The position numbers and the translations under genes were made by a program. A stretch of 63,978 nucleotides of DNA, filler included, from Octopus bimaculoides (lineage: Eukaryota): the NCBI RefSeq assembly GCF_001194135.2. It is 6 parts of 5 records of this genome, joined end to end, with 100 filler letters (N's around TTAATTAATTAA, not from the genome) between each part and the next. Parts side by side here need not be neighbours in the genome. Positions count along the whole stretch, not along the records: positions 19,605 to 41,549 come from NC_068985.1; 5 more parts are not named here. One strand, 5' to 3'. Numbering within the stretch: the stretch's first letter is position 1; each line of letters starts with the position of its first letter. Shown here in pieces: positions 25,235 through 38,510 of the stretch. Below the pieces are notes generated by a model. The model saw nothing but the letters and a program-made list of their open reading frames with translations. It was not told where the DNA came from and did no database searches.

Positions 25235-26848
25235 CAGTAGCAACCATAATATAAGGGTCAGTAAGAACAAGTGTATTGAAATAGTTATTATAGAAGATTA
25301 ACAACATGTTGAGACTATATATTTTACACATATTTAGATATATCTAATATCTATCTTTCATGAAAATTCCAAGTGAATGGAATAAATATTTCGTAAGTTA
25401 TGAAGAAATAAACAATCTCCCAAATTGAAGTGGCCAAAAGTTAAGGGTCACTTAGAAAAAATTGAACTACTAACCGATGTATTTGTTGTTTTGAAGGTTG
25501 TTAATGGGCTAACAGTTACTTCTTATGATCTCACATTATCAGAACATTCAACTGTCAACATGGCAGCTTGTGAGAGACGATTGATGTCTTGTGATGAAAA
25601 ACAAAGGATTGTGTGCTTCCACCAAGAGGGCTAGTCAAATTCTGTGATAGCAACTACTGTATGAAGGTCTAGAAGTGTTGTACAACAAATTGTAGCTCGT
25701 TTTAAGTCATCAGGATCAACAGATGCTAAACCCATAACTGGTAGACCTTATAAAACTTCACCAAGATAGGATTATATTATGGTTAGAATGTCACTGAAGG
25801 ACAGGTATAAGAGTGCTGCTGAGATGTCCCACAACTTTAGCTCCACTTCTGATGTCAATGTATTGCACAAAACAGTTTCTCAGAGGTTACAAGGTTCTGG
25901 GTTGCTTGCTTGGGCACTGGCAAAGAAACCTCTAATCTCCAAGAAGAATCAAAGAAGCCCTCTTCATTTCGCTCACAAACATGTCATTTGGACAGAAGAA
26001 CAGTGGTCACAGGTTCATTTTAGCGATGAACTGAAGTTTAATGTGACTGGGTCTGATGGCGGGATGTATGTCTGACAAAGAAGTGGCAAAAGGTTATCTC
26101 GTGTAAGTGTGAAGAAGACAGTGAAATATGGAGGAGGCAGTGTAATGGTATGGGGAATGATCTCTGCTGCTGGTCCTGGTCCACTTATTCGCCTACAAGG
26201 GACTGTCAATGCTGAAATTTACAAGCAGATTCTTAGACAGCATGCCCTTCCCCATCTCCAATCCTTGTCAGTTCAACCTCCTATCCTCAACGCTGCCTGT
26301 CATACTGCGAAGAGAGTCAGACTTTTTGAGTGATGAAGGGGTTGTTCTCATGGACTGGCCACCTCAAAGTCCCGATCACAATGCTATAAAAAACGTTTGG
26401 AAGATTATTGGAGATAGGGCATGAAGGAGAAATCCAAAGAACGAAGATGAACTCTGGGAATTATTGAAAAACGAATGGAACAATATTACTCCATCATTTT
26501 GCAAGAAATTAATTCAGTCCTGTGGTAACAGATATCAGGAGGTTATTGATAGTAAAGGGATATTCACAAAACATTAATAGTAAGGATTTCTTTTTTGTTC
26601 TCATTCCATTTTTTATTGTTTTTCTAAGTGACCCTTAACTTTTGGTCGTTGTAATTTTGAAGATTATTTGTTTATTTCCTCATAACTTATGAAACATTTA
26701 TTCCATTCACTTGAAATTTCCATGAAAGATAGATATTAGATATATCTAAATATGTGAAAAATATCTAGTCTCACTGTTTTGTGAATCTTCTATAATAAAT
26801 ATTTCAAGACATTTGTCCTTACTGACCCTTATATTATGATCGCTGCTG
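25235..26848 (+). mobile_element. Full-length but defective Tc1-family (DD34E) DNA transposon with long (about 220 bp) TIRs, in a PCSK7 intron
   Basis: TA|CAGTAGC...GCTGCTG|TA; arms about 25235-25455 and 26620-26848 are reverse complements; transposase fragments KKPLISKKN, WSQVHFSDELKF, VKYGGGSVMVWGMIS, DWPPQSPDHNAIKNVW, broken by stops and frameshifts. Confidence 0.93.
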
Positions 26849-27649
26849 TATGGTGGCAATGCATTTAGAATAAATAAATTAAATCAATTACATAAAAATA
26901 CCAATTATATAATTGTATTCTCATTTCATGTATTACATATAGAAAAACAGAGATGCATGTGATGTGTATGTCATCAAATAATACATAAAACTGAAGAAAA
27001 AATTATGAAACAATTCATTAAAAAAAAAATTGAAAATAAATATCAAGATCAATAATACCCAACCCTCAAATTTTAACGATCTTGATAAATTACCATGCTA
27101 TTAAGCAGTTAGTTCATAAAACAATTTTAAAGTGTTAATTCAAACATCTAAACATTTCATTCAAAGAATAAGTGGCCTCTAATTTACATTCATTATTTAT
27201 AACTGTTGATTGAGAACCACAGTTGCAGGAAAGCTTGGAAGTTCAAGTCTTAAACTGGCACTATGTCAGTCTAGTAGCTCAGCCTACTAATAAATTAGTA
27301 TTTCAGAGTGACACAGTTCCCTGCTGCAAGCATAAATGGCTCTGCATTATTGATATTTTGTTGGCTTGAAGTGCAGCTGAAAGCTTGTCCTGGGTTGTTG
27401 AAGAGGAGACATTTTTGGGGATAGTTAATACCAGCACTAATTGTTTATCAATGGATATCTTTGTGAATGATTAAGGAATGCTCCCTGTTTGATGCATTTG
27501 ATTAAGATAGATGAACTATTGATTGGTTAACTCTCAAAGTTGATTAACAACATTGTTACTGAGAGATGCACAATTACCTATTTTTAAGAATGCGATAACA
27601 GATACTACTACTACTACTAAATAATAATAATAATAATAATAATAATAAT

Positions 27650-30380
27650 TCTGAGGAAGGGGACAGACTGATTCGATCAACCCTAGCATTCGACTGGTAC
27701 TTATTTTATCGACCCTGAAAGGATGAAAGGCAAAGTTGACCTCAGCAGCATTTGAACTCAGAATGTAAAGACAAGCAAAATGCTGCTAATAATAATAATC
27801 CTTTCTACTATAGGCTCAAGGCCTGAAATTTTGGGGAAGATGGTAAATTGATTACATTGACCTCAGTACACAACTGGTGCTTAATTTATTGACCTTGAAA
27901 AGATGAAAGGCAAAGTCAACCTCAGTGGAATTTGAACTCAGAACACGAAGATAGATGAAATATCACTAAGAATTTTGCCCAGTGTGCTAACAATTCTGCC
28001 AGCTTACCACCTTCAAAAATGATAATGATAATGATAATAAATACCCTGATGCAATAGCAGGCAGTGGCTCTCATGGTTTCTAATCTTAACTGATGGGAAG
28101 TGTTATTGTTGTATAGTGAAACTGTCACCCCTCCCGGTAAAAAGTGATAGTTGCCAGCCATTATGAATAGACCAGTAGCTGGTCGACAGGGGGAGGTCAG
28201 AAGGTTGAGAGTACAAGTCATGTCTGTGCTGATATAGTAATTATATTGTGATACTGTGTGGCGTTATAATGATCCAGCTTATTGAGGATAATAACACTGT
28301 ATGACTGGGGATCGTACAGTGCCAGATAGAAACATTCTATCAACAAGTTCGGAAGAACAATATCTGTCAGAGTGACAACCATTGTCAAAAGAGAAATACA
28401 ACAGTGGCAAAAGACCGCTTTACAACAGTTATTATGTACATGTTTTGCTTTGTTGTGAATGATAGGCTACAACAAATATTCTGCTAATACCACAGATTTG
28501 CTTGTCAATTGCTTGACCTTAACCAGTTAAGCATGACCCTTAGTGGCTGATGATATGTGCATCTCTGATCATGTACAGGTGTAGTGGGGGAGTATCATAG
28601 CCATGTTTAAAGAGGGATTCTTTGGGATTTGAATAATTCACATCAGGAAACATAGATGTTTCATTCATAATTTTTAAACAACCTTTATTCAGGAACTTTT
28701 TGAGTGGGATGGGCTACTCAACCTCAAGAAAATTCCAAATGGGACCCACCTGCAAAGTCATACAATGTTTATCTTGATATGAAGTCACCATGTCATGCGC
28801 AAATGGTTGTGTTGCATGTACCTAGTGTACCCTTATCAGACAGGTAGTCATGATAAGTATTTTGGGCTTCATATATTTGTACTCTAACATAACTTTGATG
28901 ACATGTTTTGCTCTCTTTCACTCAATAATAATAATAACCATTTCTAATATTGGCACAAGTTGATTACATTGACCCCAGTACTTGATAGGTACTTATGTTA
29001 TTGACCCTGAAAGGATGAAGGGCAAAGACAACCCCAGTGGAATTTGAGTCAGAAGAAATACCACTAATATGCTAATGATTTTGCCATCTTGTCACTCTAA
29101 TAATAATAATAATGGTTGCAAAGTTTGGCATAAGGCCATCAAGTTCAGAAAGGGGTAAGTTGATTACATCAATACCAGTGCTCAAGTGATAGTTATTTTA
29201 TCAACCCTGAAAAGATAAATGGCAAAGTTGACCTCAACAGAATTTTACCTCAGAACATATGAGTATTTTGTCCAGAGTGCTAACGATTCTGCCAGTTCCC
29301 CACCTTCACAATAATAATAAGGATTTCAAATTTTGGCACAAGGCCAGCAAGTTTGGGGGAGGGGGTATGTCGATTACATCAGCCCCAGTGTGCAACTGGT
29401 ACTTATTTCATTGACTCTGAAAGGATGAAAGGCAAAGATGACCTTGGCAGAATTTGAACTCAGAACATAAAGACAGACAAAATGCCACTGAGCATTTTAT
29501 CTGGTGTGATAATGATTCTGCCAGCTTGCCACCTTCACAATAATAATGATAACAATAACAACAACAGCAATACAATATGTAATAAATATAGACTGACACT
29601 GTTTATTGAATTGAACAATATTGAATGCTTTTCACCAAAATGTGTGATTGTTTGAAGAACTTCAAGAAAAAAAATTTGGTCCTAAGGACAAAAAATAAAA
29701 ATAAACTGAAAAATTTGAAGGTTTCCTTTTCCACTGAGCCAATGAGTGCTGAACCAATGAGTAACAACTTGGTTAAAACATTTAATTTGACATCATATTT
29801 ACACAAAACCTTTTGACAAAGTCATCTCTTTCTTGTTTTCTTTTGTTTCTTCTTTTTTGTTGCCTGTTATGAGCAAGAAAAACTTCATGTTGTTTTTGTC
29901 TGGAAAGGAATGCAGGAAATTCCAGTTCAAATTTTGAATTCTTGTATTTCTGTGCATTTTTCATTTGAACGAGAGGAAAACAAACATACGGTGGAAATAT
30001 TGTTCAATTCAATAAACAGAATCAGTCTGTATTTAGTACATATTGTATTGTGTTCTTCTTGTTGTGTATTGACCTTTGTGAAGAGTTATGTCAATCTTCA
30101 TAAAGTAATAATAATAATAATAATAATAATTTTTCAGAAAGTTAAAATAATAATAATATCCCTTTCTACTATAGGCACAAGGCCTAAAATTTGGTAGGAG
30201 GAGGCTAGTTGATTACATCGACCCCAGTGCTCAAGTGATACTTATTTCATCAACCTTGAAAGGATGAAAGGCAAAGTCAACCTTGGTGGAATTTGAACTC
30301 AATTCAGAATGTAGAAATGGATGAAATGCCAACAAGCATTTTGTCTGTCATGCTAACAATTCTGCCAGCTCACCACTTTA
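27650..30380 (-). mobile_element. Cluster of at least six co-oriented SINE copies separated by (AAT)n
   Basis: Copies at about 27650-27790, 27800-28015, 28935-29100, 29110-29310, 29320-29540 and 30160-30380. Confidence 0.85.
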
Positions 30381-30696
30381 AGAATAAGTTAGCAGTGACT
30401 GTAGCATCATCATCATTTTTCATCCAATTTCTACACTGGCATGAGTTCAACAGATCATCATGGTCCAACTCAAATCTTATTTGGAATTACTGCTCCCTAA
30501 ATAAGTTGGAGGACCACATATTGCTTAATTTCAGTATGGTTTCTTTGGCTGGATACTCTTCCTGATATTAACCACTTTACAGAGTGTTACTGGTGTCATC
30601 ATAACTAACAATGTCATATGCTTGGCAAGACTTAAGAGTTTTAAACTCTTAAAATTATAATTAATATAATTTCAACTCTAAAAAATAAATACTCAC

Positions 30697-30835
30697 CTAT
30701 AGTCACAGTATAAATTGAATTTGCATATCCATCATAATTACAATTGTCGAAATTGCTACCACCATTACCACTGGCAACCACATAAATAGTTCCATAACCA
30801 TTACGGCCATAATTGATACCATGTTTCATAGCTTG
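30697..30835 (-). CDS. PCSK7: PCSK7 internal exon with oxyanion-hole Asn
   Basis: 139 nt, phase 0 to 1; [46 protein letters not shown](G); gtgagt donor. Confidence 0.96.
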
Positions 30836-31079
30836 CTACCAAAAGATGAAGAGTAATTTTGAAAAAATGATGTGTGTGCTGCATGTATTTTCATGCAATT
30901 TAGAAATTAGTGGTAAATTATTGCAATAAAAAATTTTCTATTTTAGTAATAAAATGTTTAGTATTAAAGATATATATTTATTTGTTGGGGAGAATATCTC
31001 CTATGTGTCACACACAATATACGTTATCAATATCTCCTACACCCCTCAAAAAGCATGACAGCTTGATACCTAAACTTTT

Positions 31080-31560
31080 TCTGCCCGCCTAGCACTATGT
31101 AGACAACCACATTCTCAATTACCCAGAAGAACTCTGAAACCCCTCCTTCAAATTCAACCTTTACTCACATAACAAAGATCATTTTTATGCCTAATCATAT
31201 TAGACTAGCACATGCCCCCAACCACCAACAGGTAGCTGTGGTCCTCTTCTAAACTGTGGAGAAAACCTTTATTCATAGCAACTCGAAGTTGCCACTCTGA
31301 ACACCCTTAGCAGAAAACCTCCTATCACTATGGAGAGTCACAGCTTCTCAGTAATAATGAAAGTGACCCATCTATGAAGCTGGACGCTCTGAATAAACCC
31401 AACATTGTTTGAAACTACATCGAAAAAGATGTGGATACAACAAGCTGCAGATAAAGCAACCCATCTATAACAGTAGGAACTCAAATAAAAACTGGTATAA
31501 TGTAGAGGGGATACTTTAACCTATCTAGTGCTGGCAACATGATAAAATACACCTAGTCTG
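31080..31560 (+). mobile_element. Possible piggyBac transposase relic
   Basis: NKPNIV*NYIEKDVDT resembles KPxIVxxYNxxxxGVD; heavily decayed. Confidence 0.35.
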
Positions 31561-32539
31561 TACTATAAATTGTTAGTGACAGGAAGGGTAAAAAGTACAG
31601 CTAGTGAGTATGGCTTGGTAACATGTGTCATGCTTTTGCTTGTTTTAGGTACCTATGAGTAGAAATAAACAACTTCTTGGTTCCCTTCACCTTTGAGCCA
31701 GTGGAACATCCAGGATGTGACAAATGGCACGATGAAGAGCAACACTTGCACCTGGCTGGTACTGATTGCAATGGAGTAGATTAGAGCAATGTGAAACTAA
31801 GCGCTTTATTCAAGGACATAATGTGCCACCAATTTTAGGAATTGCAACAACAACTTTATGATCATGAGCTGAACTCTATAACCAATTAGGTCATGTAGCT
31901 TCAAGAGAGAAAGGGTATCCAGTCATAAAAACAACCTAATTCATACAGAGCAACAACACATACCATGACAGCAATGATAATATAAAGGTTGCTAGGTGTG
32001 AGTGTCATTCAACTAACATCAAACAACCCACCACCACAAATGACAACTCTCTTATGTTTAGGCACAGGACTTCAGGGCCCATACCATTAAAGTTCGTATG
32101 ATGGAAAATAGATCTGGAGAGTTTGTTGATGCTAGAGAGAAGGTGAAAAAAAATATAAATTAAATTCTTTGTATAGAATGGAATATTGGTAGCAAATAAA
32201 AAAGGAGGAGAAAGGAATGGTATCAGGTAGCTACAAGAGAAGCTAGAAGTTATATATACTTTGCAAGCAAGGAAGCTGAACAAGCTATGACAAAAATTAG
32301 AACAAATAAAATGATAAACTTTTTACATAGTGGCTCACCCAAGAGGTTTCCCAATGTTCTACACTGTAGTGTATTAGAATAGAAAAGGACAGCAATGGTG
32401 AAAGGTATGTTTAGACTGATAACAGTATAGTTATCCCTATCAATGCTAAGTTGGAAAAGGCACAAATGATACAAACAGTTGTCAAATGAGGAAAAGGGAT
32501 TTCTCCAAGGGGATCCAACAGTAGGAATAGCTATTGGGG

Positions 32540-33010
32540 TTGACTGCTATATGATAGAAAGGGGCCATTAAGAATGTGAAGGCAAGGACAGCAGCTGAAC
32601 CATTCGGGATGGTCACTGAAATGCTAAAAATATCTGGTAAAGTAGGACATGCATTGGTTATTCACATAGTCAATTAAATAATGAAAGGAAGTGTCATCCC
32701 CATCAACTAATATAGCAGCAGTATTGTGAACTGCAACAAAAGAAAGGAGATGCTTTAGAAAGAAGTAGCCAGAGAGACATTAAATTAATGTATCAAGTCA
32801 TGAAAGTGGCACTGTTGATGCCTCCTTAGAGAGGAAACTACAAAAATAAAAAAAACTTTTAAGCCAAGAACAAAATATACTTAGCATTTGTTGACTTGAA
32901 GGTAGCCTTTTAAGGCTATCTACTATGCTTGGCAGTTTTGTGATTGCTAGAAAAACTGGGAGATAGAGAAATGGATGGGTTTTGGGAGTTATGCAAGCTA
33001 GACAAAAATT
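32540..33010 (+). mobile_element. RTE-clade LINE RT fragment, decayed
   Basis: Decayed copy of the 41230 fragment (AAxPFGMVTEMLKISGKVGHALV...). Confidence 0.65.
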
Positions 33011-33969
33011 AGACTAAATAAAAAGATAGTGGCTATTTCCTAAGTTTCAATAATTTTTAGTCCGCTCAAGATTAGTGCTGAAAGAACTGAAAATAAGGTT
33101 GCATTGATAGTTTTTCTGTCATAGCCCATGCCCACAAAAGAGCTTAGCTCAGTAATGTGAGCTAGAGAAACATTTATGCATATTTTAGTTCCACTGTTGC
33201 AGCAATTTGGAAATGAGCTACTTTTACCCATGGTTCCTACTTACATCAGGGTGGACAGAGTCACTGATAATCAAATGTTTTGGCTATGATGAAAACTACA
33301 GGATACAAACCTCTGACTCTTCATCAACTCAGTAATTTGTATTTCATCTCTCATTAGATCTTAATTATTAAAATATGTATATTGATAGTAAGTTTTCAGT
33401 CTGCATCCAGATATTGTCAACTTAAATTTTAAAGAAGAAATATGTTTGTTTTGGTTAACAAATATATGAAAGAACGCACTAACTCATGATATGTCAATTT
33501 TAATTTATATAATTTTTATGTTCAATAAATTTTGCTGAAAGATCTATGTTGTTAACATACCTAAAATTACACTGAAATAAATTGCATTTAAGATACTGAA
33601 AAAAACTACAATACATAGGTACAAGCATGACTGTGTGATAAGAAGATTGCTTCCCAGATACATGATTTTGTGTTCAGTCCCATTGCGTGACACCTTGGGT
33701 AGGTATCTTCTCTACTGTAGCCCCAGGCTGACCAAAGCCTTGTGAGTGGATTTGGTAGACAGAAACTAAAAGAAGTCCATCATACACATATCCACGCGCT
33801 TGCATGTGTTTGTGTGTGCATGTGTGTCTTTGTTTGTCTCTTACTGCAGCTTGACAACTGATGTTGGTTTGTTTACACCCCTATAACTTACTGGTTCAGC
33901 AAAAAGAGACCAATAGAATAAGTACCAGGTTTAAAAATATGTACTGAGGTTAATCTGTACAACTAAAAA

Positions 33970-34560
33970 AAATTACATCATTTACATTATTTACATTTGA
34001 CGGATATTTGTCCTCATCTTGTTTGCTGTTAACACAACATTTCAGCTGATATACCCTCAGCCTTCATCAGGTGTCTTGGGGAAATTTCGAACCTGGGTTC
34101 TCATTCCTAAGGTATTTTTCAATGTTATTACTATTATTATTATTCAGGTCACTGCTTGGAATCAAACTCGGAATCTTGGGATTAGTAGCCCGCGCTCTTA
34201 ACCACTATGCCATATGCCTGTAGGCAATTACGGAGTGAATTTTAGGGCTTATAAATCTAATATTTTCCTAGCATATGAGCTGCTTCTTTTAGTTTTCATA
34301 TTTCCTAGTGGTGTTCTCTGTCTATTATTTTAACTTCATCCCACAGGGGGAGGTGGTCTCCATTTTTCCATACATGATCAGCTATACCCGATTTATCAAT
34401 ATCTCCTCATATCACAGCTTTGGATGTTTGTCTACCCTTATTTTGAGGGGGCGACATGTTTCGCCTTTGTATAACCTACCACAGCTGCATGGGATGGGGT
34501 ACAAGCAGTCTTTGGTCATATTCTCTTCTATTGGTGGTTTTACTCGAAGGAGTAAATATA
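33970..34560 (-). mobile_element. Penelope-like element 3' end: GIY-YIG endonuclease relic plus terminal repeat
   Basis: KDCLYPIPCSCGRLYKGETCRPLKIRVDKH is the GIY-YIG signature of Penelope/Poseidon elements; followed by a hammerhead-like terminal motif. Confidence 0.85.
34031..34075 (-). ncRNA. Minimal type I hammerhead-ribozyme-like motif of the Penelope element (probably degenerate)
   Basis: GACAC-CUGAUGA-A-GGCUGA-GGGUAUA-UCAGCU-GAAA-UGUU-GUGUU; stem I GACAC/GUGUU, stem II GGCUGA/UCAGCU, catalytic core intact. Confidence 0.6.
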
Positions 34561-34798
34561 GAACTGTAAAAAAAAATTGTTCAAGGTGGTAACCAGCATG
34601 GCCACAGTCCAATGACTGAGACAAGTATAAGATAAAAGATACAAGCCATTTAATATTTTCTCGCACAAGCATGAAATATCAAGGGTAGAAAATGGAAAAT
34701 CTGAAGTTAAGTCAATCATTTGCTATACACAGTACATTATTGATGCATGTAAAATCACTGCAACTGGGATTCACAATCAGAGAACAATGACAATAGTA

Positions 34799-35780
34799 TT
34801 AGGTTAACCAAAAAGTCTGTTCGTTTTTTTAAGTAAAATTAAGACAAAAGTTTTAAACACAAAGTAATTTATCTGATCAATGATGTAATTATCATTTCAT
34901 TGCATTATCTTCAGCTAACTGATGCATCACTGCATTTAAATTGTCAAGCTGGTCCCAGTACACATCTGAATTGATGGTCTAGTTCATGGGAAGAAGATCA
35001 TAAAAAACAACATCCTTCCAAAACCAACCAAATTGAGATCATAACCTTCTTTGGGTGAAGTCATGCTTTGGAGATTGTTTGTGGTGGTTCGTCAAACTTC
35101 TCCCATGATCAGTTGCACTTCACTATGTTTAGACAATTCCTTTTTCATCCTCTGTCACCATTCTCTTCAAAAAAGGATCATTTTCTTTATTTTCTGAAAC
35201 TGCCAATGGAAAAACCACTGGGCAAGGATAGCTTTATTCAATTGGTGTGGGACCTAAACATTGAGCCTGCTGATGTAACCAAATTGATTCAGATGATTTT
35301 AAATACTCAATTTGAATATTTGAAGAATATCTGCAATCATCTTGGTCATATAATGGAAGGTTGGTGTTGACTAACTATTTTGTTTTGTCACCATTAATTT
35401 CAGTTGGCCAGCCGGAGTGAGGACTAAGTAATTTCTCAATCAAAATCTTGAAAACCACTTCTGATATACCCATTCTGTAAACAGTATCCTCTCCTCACAC
35501 AGTGCATATTTTTCTGCAGGTTTCTACTGCTTCCTTGCTGTTTTTAAAATAAAAAAAGCATGAAGTGTCAGTAATGTTCGTTTTGGTCCTCTATTTTGAG
35601 GGTGATCTCCAGAACACAAAATACAGCCTGTCTTATTGCAAGTTCGCGTTGAACTATTTTGAAGTGTAACATATCTAATGAGTGTGCATGCATAAGGAGC
35701 AGAGTGAAGTTAGCTACCTGTTAGAATGCTTGAAGTTTAGTGTTAACAGAAATCAAATGGACTTTTTGGCCAAATCAGCA
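34799..35780 (-). mobile_element. Old mariner-like remnant in a PCSK7 intron
   Basis: Degenerate TIRs (TTAGGTTAACCAAAAAGTC / ACTTTTTGGCCAAATC); minus-strand LHPKKVMISIW and TINSDVY..QLDNL-like remnants. Confidence 0.65.
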
Positions 35781-35923
35781 TATTTATTAATTCAATACAG
35801 CTTTGAAACAAAATTATAAAAGAAAAAATAAAACAACAAAAAAGGAGATTTCTGTATCATTAGTTTCAACGTTAACAATCAAATTCAGTTTTTCCAAGCC
35901 TCAATTTAAAATTCCTTTCTTAC

Positions 35924-35978
35924 CAAAGCTAGAGTATGAGGACCATCGACAGTCATTCCATCATCATCAGGGCCCCAA
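35924..35978 (-). CDS. PCSK7: PCSK7 internal exon
   Basis: 55 nt, phase 2 to 0; (S)WGPDDDGMTVDGPHTLAL; tttttcag acceptor, gtaag donor. Confidence 0.93.
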
Positions 35979-36136
35979 CTGAAAAACAATTGAAAAAACA
36001 ATCACCTAAATATAATGTAAAAGAAGGGAATAACAGTTAGGAAATAACAACAGTTTTTCACATCAAAATGTAAAATAGTGAAGCAATAAATAGTATACAA
36101 AACTCTAGTAAAAGACATAGGGAAAAGAAAACTGAC

Positions 36137-36227
36137 CTGCAGCTGTATATGTCATTAATTTGCATATTTTTGTTAAATGCTGTTGCTTCCAGACCATCTG
36201 TAAGGGGACCATCTAGTACCCGCAATC
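36137..36227 (-). CDS. PCSK7: PCSK7 internal exon
   Basis: 91 nt, phase 1 to 2; (G)[29 protein letters not shown](S); LDGPLTD and QINDIYSCS are PC7-type rather than furin-type. Confidence 0.95.
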
Positions 36228-36841
36228 CTGTAAATAAGAAATTGTTACTTTTTTTTTCAAGCATCATCATGTTTTGACTTGTAATCTTCTGTGGTTATTG
36301 AAACAGGATACACTGGGCTTTAAATAGAGTAAGCCTGAACAATATATTATGTCACAGATCTGGTGACATTATGAGACAGAAAAATGAATTAGTGTATTAA
36401 TATTACAATTTCAATACACATTGCAAATTTAGACATCAATTTGTCATAAAATGTTGCATTGTGCAGTAAAAGGTATCTATTTCAGATTGAATTCCTTTGT
36501 ATCAATGTTTATTATAGATTGTAGTGCAACTTATTAAAAAGACACGATAAATTAAATTTAATCTAATGAAGAGTGGATGTTTGTTAACGCTTTGCTAAAT
36601 ATGAGGAAACTATGACAAATGACTTCCTATCTAATTTCCAGCATTAATTTTGCTAACCCAATATTAACAAGTGTTATACTAGGATATGAGTATAGAAATA
36701 CCCACCAACCTTTTTTTACTGTGTAATATACCATTCCTATTGTTTCATGCATAACAAATTTTCTTCAAGGTCTAGGTTTAATGACTTTATAATATATTTC
36801 AAAATATGACATTAACACTTGAAATGTAGAGATAAACCAAC

Positions 36842-36937
36842 CTGAAACTTTAGCACCATATGCTACACCAACTGCACAAACTTTATTAGGGACGGCAGCA
36901 ATTTCTCCAGCACAACGTGTGCCATGATGATTAGTAT
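36842..36937 (-). CDS. PCSK7: PCSK7 internal exon with catalytic His
   Basis: 96 nt, phase 1-1; (D)[31 protein letters not shown] contains HGTRCAGE. Confidence 0.95.
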
Positions 36938-37974
36938 CTACAAGAAAAATAAACCTTCAACTTATGTTTGTATTGACAGGTTTTATAAATGCATAAATAT
37001 TAAATTAAATAATCTAATCTTTTAATTGGGTTTAAACCTGTCTTTTGTGATGTTCATTATGATACATACTGCAGAAAAAATTTTGCGTGAAGTTAATGGA
37101 AGACACCTGCAATAGAAGTAAACTACTCGCAAAAGGAGAGTTGAGTGATTACTGATGAATTGTTTAATAACAATATTGTCAGTTTAACCTTTATTCCAAG
37201 TTGCTGAAAAGGCCTTGTTGGGTTTAATTTCACAGCAAGACTCAATACAAATGATATGTAAATGAGACCATATGTTTATTCATTCATAATCCACATTGAA
37301 TGTACATATTGTTCAGTTGTCAATCATGTAAATTTATATAACTGACAACTGGACAATATAGACATATAACTGTCTACAATTTAATAGTCATCAACTACTA
37401 TCACTGTCAATTTGGGGAGCAATGAAACCAGTCAGTCTATTACTCAGACCAAGCTACCAAAAAGTAGAAGACTAAATACATATGATATTAGTCCCTACAC
37501 TTATATAAAATTAAGACTAGTTGTATCAAATGTGAAATCAATGTGTCTCACAAATGGTATTGTATGAGTTTTAGATTCATAGAAAAATGCTCTATGAATC
37601 TCAATGAAGAATGAAAGACCTGTACAACAGACTAGCTTAGAAGAGCAGTTATTATAATAATAATAGTAGTTGTGACAAAGAAGATGGAAACACAAGTTAT
37701 ATGAATCTGAAAATTTACAAGACTAATCAAAGTAGGTGTTTTACTATTGAATATTCTTCATAATGGCCCAAAAATAAATTAAAATATTCTTTTTGTGTTT
37801 TAAGTGGCACAAGCATGGCTGTGTGGTAAGAAGCTTGTTCCCTAACCACATAGTGTTCCAGGTTCAGTCTCACTGCATGGCACCTTGGGCAAATGTCTCC
37901 TACTACAGCCTTGGGCCAACCAAATCCTTGTGAGTAGATTTTATAGACAGAAACTGGAAGAAGTCCGTCAAAGT

Positions 37975-38510
37975 GTGTATTGTACGATACAAATAAGATG
38001 ATATTTTTTTCAAAAGCAGAGTTGCTATTAGAGCAGTAGAAATACTGTGTAAATTACCCTTAGAAAGCAGAAAAATTTGTCAACAACCAGGCTTGGGACT
38101 TGAACCCATATCTCTCAAAGACTCCAACTGCCCGCTGACAAATTCATCTGCCAAATTAGACACTAAATACTTTAGCTTTAATAGAACAGCTGTGTATGTA
38201 TAAATGTAAACAAACATTTGTTTTTTATTAGAAGTGTTGAAATGTGTATTGTACGATACAAATAAGAAGATATTTTTTCAAACATGGCTGTTCTATAGAA
38301 CAAGTATTTAGAATCTAATTTGTCAGTGGGCAGTTTAGCTTAATGGTAAAGCACTCAGCTGGAGTCTTTGAGGGATATGGGTTCAAGTGCCATGGCTGGT
38401 TGTTGACAAATTTTTCTGCCTTTTAAGGGTAATTTACCCAGTATTTCTGTTGTTCTAACAGCAACTCTGGTTTTGAAAAAAATATCATCTTCTTATTTGT
38501 ATCGCAATAT
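37975..38510. repeat. Fold-back pair of a tRNA-headed repeat in a PCSK7 intron
   Basis: About 37980-38135 is the reverse complement of about 38355-38510; direct repeat tgtgtattgtacgatacaaataaga at about 37975 and 38245. Confidence 0.85.
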
